Positions 20,174 to 28,741 of a stretch of 64,000 bases of DNA are shown one piece after another. Origin of the DNA: Wickerhamiella versatilis (taxonomy: Eukaryota); assembly GCA_030867685.1 (NCBI GenBank), contig JAQOWU010000008.1, forward strand, positions 1,240,001 to 1,304,000, read 5' to 3'. The position numbers and the translations under genes were made by a program. Each line of letters starts with the position of its first letter. Position 1 is the stretch's first letter. The notes beneath the pieces are model-generated. The model worked only from the letters and a program-made list of their open reading frames with translations. It was not told the DNA's origin and searched no databases.

Positions 20174-20779
20174 TTATTCCCGCTTCTTCCGGGTTGTAGG
20201 CTTGGCTTTTTCCTCGGGAAGAAATTTCTGCAACGGCGTGGGGAGAAGTCCTCGAAAGAATCCTGGTGGTGCAATAGCCTTTGCAGTGGTGTATATGGCA
20301 AAAATAAGCAAGCCTAGCAGCACGGTAGAAACCAAGACCTTCGGATGCCAAACTGGGTAGTCTGGATCAACCAGCTTAATCCGCTGCGACTCTGACTCGA
20401 CACGGACAACAGGGTCCTCACCGATCCTGGCCTCTGCATTAAAAAGGATCTCATATTCCCACGTAGGGAGTGACCAGATCGGATCGATGCTGATGGTTAC
20501 TTCTTCACCACTAGGTACCTCAAACGCCGATGCATCAGTACTGATATTACCATATGGCTTCGCACGCTTTTTGTGGGGGGTAAAGAATGCTGCACGTACC
20601 TGGCTAATTGTTGCAGGAAGAGGCTCTGCATTGGCAACAGTGACCTCGACTGTGTTGGGGACTTCATTCGACAAAACTACTGGACCCTCAACATCAGCTG
20701 CACCCTTAGGAAGACTGAAGGAGATAGATATGTTTGAAGCGCCAACCATGGCCATAAGTCCCAGCCCAAAAAGCTTCAT
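20174..20779 (-). CDS. Irc22/TRAP-alpha-like ER membrane protein
   Basis: Signal peptide, beta-rich lumenal domain, single C-terminal TM, basic tail. Confidence 0.55.
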   Translation of the reverse strand: MKLFGLGLMAMVGASNISISFSLPKGAADVEGPVVLSNEVPNTVEVTVANAEPLPATISQVRAAFFTPHKKRAKPYGNISTDASAFEVPSGEEVTISIDPIWSLPTWEYEILFNAEARIGEDPVVRVESESQRIKLVDPDYPVWHPKVLVSTVLLGLLIFAIYTTAKAIAPPGFFRGLLPTPLQKFLPEEKAKPTTRKKRE

Positions 20780-20819
20780 TTCTCGATGGATCCAGATAGT
20801 GATTACTCAGTAAGGTTCT

Positions 20820-21095
20820 ATGCTAGTTCAATTTTCTGGTGGCCTACAATCGCTTTTCCAGGACAAACAAGAACTTGAAGTGGACGTTCCTTCTGATTCT
20901 AATCTTCTCTGGCTCCTAGAATACTTACGCGGTAAAATAGATGGTGACGAATCATTGTTTCTTCAGGAAGGACTTGTCCGCCCTGGTATCCTAGTCCTCG
21001 TGAACGACACAGATTGGGAATTGCTAGGCGAGGAATCGTATATTATTCAACCTAGCGACACAATTCACTTTGCCTCGACACTTCACGGTGGTTAG
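20820..21095 (+). CDS. URM1: Ubiquitin-related modifier Urm1
   Basis: FSGGL..LF, VRPGILVLVNDTDWEL, C-terminal STLHGG. Confidence 0.96.
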   Translation: MLVQFSGGLQSLFQDKQELEVDVPSDSNLLWLLEYLRGKIDGDESLFLQEGLVRPGILVLVNDTDWELLGEESYIIQPSDTIHFASTLHGG

Positions 21096-21302
21096 CTGAT
21101 CGAAGTGGTCCACCAGTGTGATGGATAACATGCGCCATTTAACTGTTGCCAAATGATGATGGGGGGTACTTCCCGATTTCTCTTTTTCGCTTGTTGTCAA
21201 TGAATGAGGCAGCGAAGGTATCAGCAAATTTTTTGAGATTTATACGTGCCGAGGTCTCTGAACTGACAACTTTGAACTGTGAGCTGTGGCTGCACCCAGA
21301 AG

Positions 21303-21590
21303 TCATGGATTTGGATTGTTGGAGGTGTTATCCGTGGAAGGTTTGAATACCTGTTGTAGAGCATTGTACATCTCATCCATTAGTTTTCGTAAATCGTTTT
21401 CCTTTCGTCGATAAAGGGCTCTCATTTCAATGACAGAGTGAATATCAATGTCGTTTCGCGGAAAGCCACCTGGAGTCAGACTGCCGTTCAAACCTACTCC
21501 AGCACGGTCCAAGGACTGTCTCAGCTCATCCAACTCCGACTCAAGTGCTGAGCGGCGGTCTGCAAGGGCCAAGGCGGTGGCACGTTGCAT
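21303..21590 (-). CDS. NAS2: Proteasome assembly chaperone Nas2/p27, N-domain only
   Basis: LESEL..L...L...GV.L..SL..GGFPRNDID...V...R......NDL..LM; no PDZ domain follows. Confidence 0.8.
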   Translation of the reverse strand: MQRATALALADRRSALESELDELRQSLDRAGVGLNGSLTPGGFPRNDIDIHSVIEMRALYRRKENDLRKLMDEMYNALQQVFKPSTDNTSNNPNP

Positions 21591-21738
21591 GTAAGCGAAA
21601 TAATCAGAGAGCTGAGTCTAGAAGAAATTTAGAGCATATTTTGACAAGATGCTACGGACTTAAGTCCTGAGATAAAGCATTCTTAAAGATATCTAACCGT
21701 TATATAGAATTTTTGCTCTTCGTTCGTCGAGCCTCCCT

Positions 21739-22782
21739 TCACAGTTCAGCGTCATCATTCTTTGCCGCTTCGCCTGCCTTGGACTCTTCCACAGGTGCCG
21801 TATGGTCATTCTCGGTGCCATTTTGTTCTGAGGCCTCCGTGTTTGGTGCCTCAGGTGCAACATCATCAGTTTCGGGACCAGCCTCACCTTCAGGCTTTTT
21901 TTCCTGTTCCGAGGCTTCCACAGAAGGCGCTGCAGTTTCATTCTCGGGCTCGGTTGCGCCCTCAGGCTTCTTTTCTGAAGTTTCCGCAGTTGCCGCATCA
22001 GGTGCTGCAGCATCACCGTCTTCAGCCTTAGAATCTTTGGCTACCTCTTCCTCAGGCTCTTTGGCATCACCCGAAGGTTTAGCTGAGGTCTCGGGTTTCA
22101 ATTCCTCCGTTTGCTCCCCATTGTCGTCGGAAGCTTTTGGCTGGCTATCGTCATCTTCACCCTTAGTCTCAGATGGCTGATTCTCTGACTTCTTGGTCAC
22201 GGTGGCATCTTCTTCTTCTTCTTTTTCATCCCCTCTAGTTTCATCCTCCGCAGGCTCATTACTCTCCTCATTGCTGGCAACACATTCTTTCGCCGCATCA
22301 AGTGCAGCTTGCGGGCTGTTTGCAGGTTTCACCCCGTGCTCATAGAATACCAATTTACCGTTCTTAAAAACCCAATGGCTTCTAATAACACCAGATGGCG
22401 ACTTCTTGGCCCCTAAAGGTCCAATCAGCTCATATTCACGATCACTCAATAAATCAAACGACAATCCAAGCTTTTCTTTGAATTTCGATTGGGCATTTGG
22501 TGTATCCGCACTAAGACCGAATACAGTGGCTCCCAACTTTTCGAATTCATCATATATTTCGCCGAATCCCTTTGACTGATTGGTGCACCCCGGAGTATTG
22601 GCCTTGGGATACGCAAAAAGCACGAGGATCCCCTCCGTATCCGGTGAGAACTTAACGGGAGCCTCATCCTGGTTTAGGATTTCCACACTGGGAATTGGGT
22701 CACCAACGCTGATTCCTGTCCGACTTTTCTTACTTGCCGAAGCATCACTAGTGGATGAGGCACGTGTACGTCGAGGCGGCAT
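21739..22782 (-). CDS. DOT5: PrxQ/BCP peroxiredoxin with long acidic tail
   Basis: FAYPKANTPGCT, GLSAD..Q..FK, LLSD, RSHWVF; basic N-terminus MPPRRTR. Confidence 0.88.
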   Translation of the reverse strand: MPPRRTRASSTSDASASKKSRTGISVGDPIPSVEILNQDEAPVKFSPDTEGILVLFAYPKANTPGCTNQSKGFGEIYDEFEKLGATVFGLSADTPNAQSKFKEKLGLSFDLLSDREYELIGPLGAKKSPSGVIRSHWVFKNGKLVFYEHGVKPANSPQAALDAAKECVASNEESNEPAEDETRGDEKEEEEDATVTKKSENQPSETKGEDDDSQPKASDDNGEQTEELKPETSAKPSGDAKEPEEEVAKDSKAEDGDAAAPDAATAETSEKKPEGATEPENETAAPSVEASEQEKKPEGEAGPETDDVAPEAPNTEASEQNGTENDHTAPVEESKAGEAAKNDDAEL

Positions 22783-23050
22783 GTTCTGCAATTTCGAATG
22801 AATGGAATAGGGAGTGGGGCGGCAATGGAATATAAGATGGGTTCGGAGAGACCCTTACCCCGATTCGTTAATTAGGCCTTGACAGGTGATCAGTTCAACC
22901 ACAAAGACCAGAAAAGGGATCCATAAAAACCAGTGGGCCCCGAGGACCTTGCTAATCATGTTAAATCGTTAAAAGGCTTTACTGTTAAAAAATCATTTAG
23001 TGGAAAATAGCTATTATCTCCGTGGAACTAGGGTTCTTGTCGCGCAAGCA

Positions 23051-23902
23051 ATGGTCCCCACTGCCCCAGAAGCGTTGGAAGATCCTGAGCAGCCCAGGAC
23101 AACTAGGCTAGTAAATGGTAATGTCGAGGTCCCTAGTGGCATGTCAAGGCGTGAGTTTAAGAGGAAGTTAAAGGCAGAGAAAAGGGTCGCGGAACATGAC
23201 GACTGGGTCGCCGCCAGACGGGAAAAACGGAAGCTACTGAAAAAAAGAAAAAGACAACGGGTGAGTGATGCCGCGGCAAAGAACCCCCAACCACGAGTGG
23301 CTCCCGAGCACTCTGGTGTCAAGGTGATACTAGATTGTGCTTTCGATGACTATATGAAGGAGGGTGAAATCACTAGCCTCGCACGCCAAATAACACGCTG
23401 CTATTCGGAAAATCGTAAAACTCAGCATCCGGTTGATATGCATATATCCTCCATGAACAAGCGGCTTCTGGAGATTTTCACCGAAAACCAACATGGTCAA
23501 TTCCGGAACTGGAAGCCACATTTTAGCTATAGTGATCACGATTTTGAAAACACTGATACAACGATATACCTGAGCAGCGATTCTGACACGGTCTTGGAAA
23601 CGTTGGAGCCTGGTTTCACCTATGTCATTGGAGGGGTAGTGGATAAAGGACGGCACAAGGACCTCTGTAAAAATAAGGCAGAGGGTAAAGATATAAAGAC
23701 TGCCAGACTGCCTATTGATGAGCATATCAAATTAAGTGGTCGTAGAGTACTGGCCACAAACCATGTGTTTGAGCTTATCCTTAAGTACCTCGAACTAAAA
23801 GACTGGAAGGCTGCATTTGAGGCTACGTTACCAGAGAGAAAATTGAATTCAGAGAAGCAGGAATCCCATGCAAGTGACAGCTCTTCGGAGAGTAATAAAT
23901 AG
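23051..23902 (+). CDS. TRM10: tRNA m1G9 methyltransferase
   Basis: LDCAFDDYM, QITRCYS.NR, YLSSDS, YVIGGVVD, TARLPI, VLATNHVFE; ATG 23051. Confidence 0.95.
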   Translation: MVPTAPEALEDPEQPRTTRLVNGNVEVPSGMSRREFKRKLKAEKRVAEHDDWVAARREKRKLLKKRKRQRVSDAAAKNPQPRVAPEHSGVKVILDCAFDDYMKEGEITSLARQITRCYSENRKTQHPVDMHISSMNKRLLEIFTENQHGQFRNWKPHFSYSDHDFENTDTTIYLSSDSDTVLETLEPGFTYVIGGVVDKGRHKDLCKNKAEGKDIKTARLPIDEHIKLSGRRVLATNHVFELILKYLELKDWKAAFEATLPERKLNSEKQESHASDSSSESNK

Positions 23903-24140
23903 ATGTTTCACGAGCTCCCCTCCTCCAACCCGATCACTCATCACGGGGTTTCATCCGCCTCCTTAAAAGAAATAAATTAATGATCGAGAAAACTCTGATG
24001 CAGCGATTTGTTTTTTTCCTATAATTTTTAGCGTTGTAAATATTGTCTTACCGGTAGTTGCCTAGTCTAGTGCTTAAGTGAGCCGAACCCTTACTTGATC
24101 TCGGCATCACCAAACGCATAAGCAAGCTGATCAGCCTAGC

Positions 24141-26087
24141 ATGAGCGCTGCCGGCTCTGATGAGGCCGTAGCGCTCGTCCAGCAGGAAATGTCAAATTTA
24201 AAGGCCCTTAAGCGGCTTAGCATGGGGTCACAAACCTCGCCACTTGATCCAGACCTGCCGCAACTCCAACCGCAAAGGTCGCCGTCTCCACCATCATCGG
24301 GGCGAGATCAACATATTACGAGGCGTCCCTCATCCAGATCGTTGCATCGGCGTCCTAGTAGAGAGTCTGATCAGGATATTTCTCACAACGTTGATGGGAA
24401 TACGCCGTTGGGGCTGGCTAAGGAGCTCTGGGTACCAGCTCATGTTCACCCTGAAATAGCACCAAACGAATGGCGATCTTTTGTGGAGGAAAAACTCAAT
24501 GAGATACAGGGAAACTCTAAGGAAAAGCATATGTCGCGATTGAGCCATCTTGTCACGGACAGGGATGAATACATGGACGCGTCAGAGTTACTGGCGAAAC
24601 GAAGAAGAAGTTCTGGGGATCAGCGCCGACGCTCTATATTGGAACTCAGTGAACAACTTTCTAGTCTTGGGGAGTTCGATTCTCTTTTGACAACTGTTGA
24701 AGTCCCTTCATCTAGCGACGAGCCAATCGTACCCAACGGAGGCACCTCGTTGCGGCGGACAAAACATTCTACGAGAAGACCTAGGCGATTTCCAGCGAGA
24801 AATGATTCCACCTCGTCTTCACCAGCTTCATTTGGAGAGAGAAGTTCTTCAAATGATCTTGTAACTAGTGTGGATCAACAGCCGCCTAACTCAGCGCCTT
24901 CAGTGCTTCCTCCCGTATCATCAGCACCTCCAGCAGATAGCACGGGAGATGTAACAAAAGCAGAGATTCCTCCGACGACTTCGTCTGCGACAACAGTTGG
25001 ACAGAGAAGACGTCCAAATATAAGTGTATATACGGGACCTGTGGCCACAGCAAGCAGTGTGCAGCCGCCTAGTCCAAGCACAGCGTCTCCTCCACCGGGA
25101 GGCTCCAACCTTCTAACATATCGAAGGCGACATAGACACTTTCCGCAAGCAAAAGTGTCAACGGATGGAGAGCGGGATGCTGAACATGTTCCTCTGAAAA
25201 GGGAGCCTTCTTCTCATGCCACAACATCTGTGGCACCAAGTAGGAACGATGAACCAGTTGCCTCAAGTTCAACTGTTCTATCCTCTTCGTTATCCACAAA
25301 GGAAGAATCACCAAGAGAACCACAAAAGCGTGAATTTCGGAAGGCAGAGGAAACTGAGCTCCAATCACATCCGCTGCCAAAGGAGGAGTCTGAAAAAGGA
25401 GAAGCAGAGGTAGAGGAGGAACGGACGTCATCACGTAGCCAAAATTCCACTTTAGACCAGCGCTGGCGCCGGCTGAAGGATGAAACAGAAACGCAGTCAA
25501 GCAAATTGTTGAACATGTTTAGAAAGAAGAAGGATGAGCATAAGCGTGGCCATACGCGAAATGTTTCGCGGCATACAAACTTAGCGGAGACAGTCGGCAA
25601 GTCACCAGAACCTTCCGAGACAATCTCTGAGACAACGACTTCGGATTCTGAAAGAGCAGATAAGGCGCCAACAACTCAGTCTAAACCTGAGCTTCAACTT
25701 CCTTATGATATACCTGCTCACCAGGTTACTGATCGTTCAATTGTAATGATGTATAACAGATTTCCTTTACACATTGAACGAGCAATATACCGCCTTTCGC
25801 ATATGAAGTTAGCGAATCCACGTAGACCGCTATCGCAACAAGTGATGCTCTCTAACTTCATGTATGCCTATTTGAATCTAATTAATCATGGTTATCAGCA
25901 GCAGTATCTACGGAGTCAGGGCATTGATCCTGATCCGAGCTCATATCCCTGTGGTGTTCCGCCTTCCCCACCTACTGAGGAAACCATGGTAAATTTCCAC
26001 CCTACTGGATATGATTCAAGTTCTTCCAGTTCGGACTCAGATTCGGACTGGGAAAAAGGACCATCAGATCAGGTTCATGTACAGTAA
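24141..26087 (+). CDS. ZDS1: Zds1/Zds2 PP2A-Cdc55 regulator
   Basis: LKALKRLSMG..DPDLP, LWVPAHVHPEIAP, Zds_C RFPLHIERAIYRLSHMKLANPRRPL.QQV.LSNFMYAYL. Confidence 0.93.
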   Translation: MSAAGSDEAVALVQQEMSNLKALKRLSMGSQTSPLDPDLPQLQPQRSPSPPSSGRDQHITRRPSSRSLHRRPSRESDQDISHNVDGNTPLGLAKELWVPAHVHPEIAPNEWRSFVEEKLNEIQGNSKEKHMSRLSHLVTDRDEYMDASELLAKRRRSSGDQRRRSILELSEQLSSLGEFDSLLTTVEVPSSSDEPIVPNGGTSLRRTKHSTRRPRRFPARNDSTSSSPASFGERSSSNDLVTSVDQQPPNSAPSVLPPVSSAPPADSTGDVTKAEIPPTTSSATTVGQRRRPNISVYTGPVATASSVQPPSPSTASPPPGGSNLLTYRRRHRHFPQAKVSTDGERDAEHVPLKREPSSHATTSVAPSRNDEPVASSSTVLSSSLSTKEESPREPQKREFRKAEETELQSHPLPKEESEKGEAEVEEERTSSRSQNSTLDQRWRRLKDETETQSSKLLNMFRKKKDEHKRGHTRNVSRHTNLAETVGKSPEPSETISETTTSDSERADKAPTTQSKPELQLPYDIPAHQVTDRSIVMMYNRFPLHIERAIYRLSHMKLANPRRPLSQQVMLSNFMYAYLNLINHGYQQQYLRSQGIDPDPSSYPCGVPPSPPTEETMVNFHPTGYDSSSSSSDSDSDWEKGPSDQVHVQ

Positions 26088-26435
26088 AATGACACTAATG
26101 CATACAGCACTATATTTCTAATAAGCGAAGGTAAATTATTTTTTCTCTTTTATTTTCTCTTGAAAACCACCCAACCAGGGCAATTTGTTGAAGGATATGA
26201 AGCATCGAATCCAAATTCGATGTATTATTTCCAGATTGGCACTTACACATATTTCCATGTTTGTCATTTCACTCATACGAATACCATTAGATAGCTGCCC
26301 ATAACGGTAGAACTGATCAGTAATCTTAAGTGCCTTGTACAAATGGGGTAAATTGTCACTTACCGGACATAGCGAAGACTTCACTTGAAAAGACAGCACT
26401 GCCCGCTACCCATAGTAATAGTCTACACTCATATC

Positions 26436-26687
26436 ATGACTGATCATCAATCGAACCAGTCACGCTTTGTTCAACAGCTAGCCACTCTACCGGCATTAAC
26501 AGCACTTGGAGGATTGATTGCATCTTTCCCAGTAGTCAAGCTTTTTGCTTCCAATGCTGTCCCCTTATTGCACGGGATCCGAAATAGACGGCACCCAGAA
26601 AAGGCTGAGGAAGACGCAGAACGAGCAGAAACAATGCATGCAATTCAAAGAGCCAAATATGAGGCTAGTAACGATACGAACTTTTAA
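26436..26687 (+). CDS. Small uncharacterised protein (83 aa)
   Basis: ATG-started ORF; amphipathic/hydrophobic middle, charged C-terminus. Confidence 0.45.
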   Translation: MTDHQSNQSRFVQQLATLPALTALGGLIASFPVVKLFASNAVPLLHGIRNRRHPEKAEEDAERAETMHAIQRAKYEASNDTNF

Positions 26688-26862
26688 AAAAAAACTCAAT
26701 TAGCCATATTATTAGCACGATAAGCCTAGCTTTGATAATCTCCAATTTACCCTATTAGCCCCAGACTATGTTAGGGTAAGGGCATGTTTTGATCCCGAGG
26801 CAGGTCGGACACGTTTCCCCCTCCTACGAACACCTAACCCTGTTGTTCCATTATACGCGAGA

Positions 26863-28599
26863 ATGAGCTATTGTCGCTCACAGCTAGGCCAAGAGCAGCG
26901 AATGGTGGGTCCTGGCGTGAGCCATCATCTCAATGAGCTGCTAGAAGCCGTGAAGCAGGAGTTTGTCCATGTGTCCACGGAAGCATCAGCTTTCATGATG
27001 CACAAGGATGAGAACGATCACAAGCTACTTGCACAACACATGAATGAAATAACACAGGTACGAAAAACAATATATGAGTTAGATCTCGCTCACAGACAGA
27101 TGAAGGAGCGATACGAGGATGAAATTGTTCGACTTAAACAGAAGCTTGCCACTCAGCAGCAATTACCTGCACAGGGGCCACAGGACCAGCAACTTAAGGT
27201 TCCGCCTCGTATTGGGCCTAACGCCCCTTCGCAGCCAGTCCCCCCGATAGGCAGCGTTAGAGGTAACAATCCGGGTGGACCCGCAAATTCTACTGTTTCA
27301 TCCCCGAGCTCTGTGCCTCAAAAGCCCACAGGTCAGTCAAATTCACCACCTCCTGTTCCTCCGAGTGTTAGATCACTCCAGGGAGTAGTGCCTCAGCAGC
27401 AGGGCCCCCGTGGACAGGTGCCTCCTCAAAAGTTGCCGCAAACTGTACCTCCCCCCCAAGCGGCCAAGCCACCTGTCGTTTCAACTCAACAATCTCCCCC
27501 GCCAGTGGCTCCTCAGAGTAACGTTGTTGAGCAAACACCAAAACCAGAAGAAGAGGCTGGAAATAATCTCGCTTTCCTCGACATTGAGCAAGTGCCTCCC
27601 AATCTCAAAAAGGTTGGTCAGGGATACACAGTTGTCTACAATAAAATGGTGCCCCCACGTATTGATGTTGAACTTGTACAGTCATTGGAGCATCAAAGCG
27701 TAGTTTGTTGCGTTCGCTTTTCAGCAGATGGACGTTATCTCGCCACTGGGTGTAACAGGTGTGCTCAAGTATTTAACGTTCATACTGGTGAGCTTTTAGC
27801 GAAGCTGCAGGACTCTAGCGTTGGTGAGGACCAAGATTTGTATATTCGAAGTGTTTGCTTTAGTCCGGATTCAAAGTACTTAGCAACGGGAGCTGAGGAC
27901 CACCAAATAAGACTTTGGGACGTTGCGGAAAAAAAGATTAAACACGTATTCACTGGTCATACTCAGGATATTTACTCGCTAGATTATGCTTCGACTGGCC
28001 GGTTTATTGCCAGCGGGTCTGGTGATCGTACGGTAAGAATATGGGATGTTGAGAGTGGCCAGGCTGTTCTCACTCTTCAAATTGAGGATGGTGTTACAGC
28101 TGTAACTTTGAGCCCAGATGGTCGATATGTTGCAGCAGGCTCGCTAGATCGTGTTGTACGGGTGTGGGATGCACAGTCAGGCTTCCTAGTTGATCTGCTT
28201 GATGGACCTAATGGACATGAAGATTCCGTCTATTCTGTGGCATTTATGCCAAATGGTCGTGAGGTGGTAAGCGGATCGCTGGATCGCACTATCAAGGTTT
28301 GGGAACTTGGATCTCACCAGGATGGGAATGTTCATGGCGGCAGATGTAAAAGGACGATTCATGGTCACCGAGATTATGTTTTGAGCGTTGCCGCAGCACC
28401 AGATGGACAATGGATTTTTTCGGGTTCCAAGGACCGCACTGTCCAAATGTGGGATCCACAAAATGGACAAGCCCAACTCATGCTTCAAGCCCATGTAAAT
28501 TCTGTAATATCAGTCGCACCTTCGCCGGTTGGGAAACTATTCGCTTCGGGGTCTGGCGATTTCTGGGCAAAAATATGGCGCTATGGCCCACGCACTTAA
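26863..28599 (+). CDS. TUP1: Transcriptional corepressor Tup1
   Basis: Tup_N (LNELLEAVKQEF...MKERYEDEI), Q/P linker, WD40 with H.SVVCCVRFS, DLYIRSVCFSPD. Confidence 0.96.
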   Translation: MSYCRSQLGQEQRMVGPGVSHHLNELLEAVKQEFVHVSTEASAFMMHKDENDHKLLAQHMNEITQVRKTIYELDLAHRQMKERYEDEIVRLKQKLATQQQLPAQGPQDQQLKVPPRIGPNAPSQPVPPIGSVRGNNPGGPANSTVSSPSSVPQKPTGQSNSPPPVPPSVRSLQGVVPQQQGPRGQVPPQKLPQTVPPPQAAKPPVVSTQQSPPPVAPQSNVVEQTPKPEEEAGNNLAFLDIEQVPPNLKKVGQGYTVVYNKMVPPRIDVELVQSLEHQSVVCCVRFSADGRYLATGCNRCAQVFNVHTGELLAKLQDSSVGEDQDLYIRSVCFSPDSKYLATGAEDHQIRLWDVAEKKIKHVFTGHTQDIYSLDYASTGRFIASGSGDRTVRIWDVESGQAVLTLQIEDGVTAVTLSPDGRYVAAGSLDRVVRVWDAQSGFLVDLLDGPNGHEDSVYSVAFMPNGREVVSGSLDRTIKVWELGSHQDGNVHGGRCKRTIHGHRDYVLSVAAAPDGQWIFSGSKDRTVQMWDPQNGQAQLMLQAHVNSVISVAPSPVGKLFASGSGDFWAKIWRYGPRT

Positions 28600-28741
28600 G
28601 CGTTTCCGTTACTTGTAGAAGACATTCTTCCTTAGTTAATGTATAGTTGAAAGAGCTTTTAATTTAGAAATGCAGGAATATGAATTGATGCAGATGTTTC
28701 CCTTAGTCTTTTTCTCGTGTCGAAGGTTTATATGTTATATG

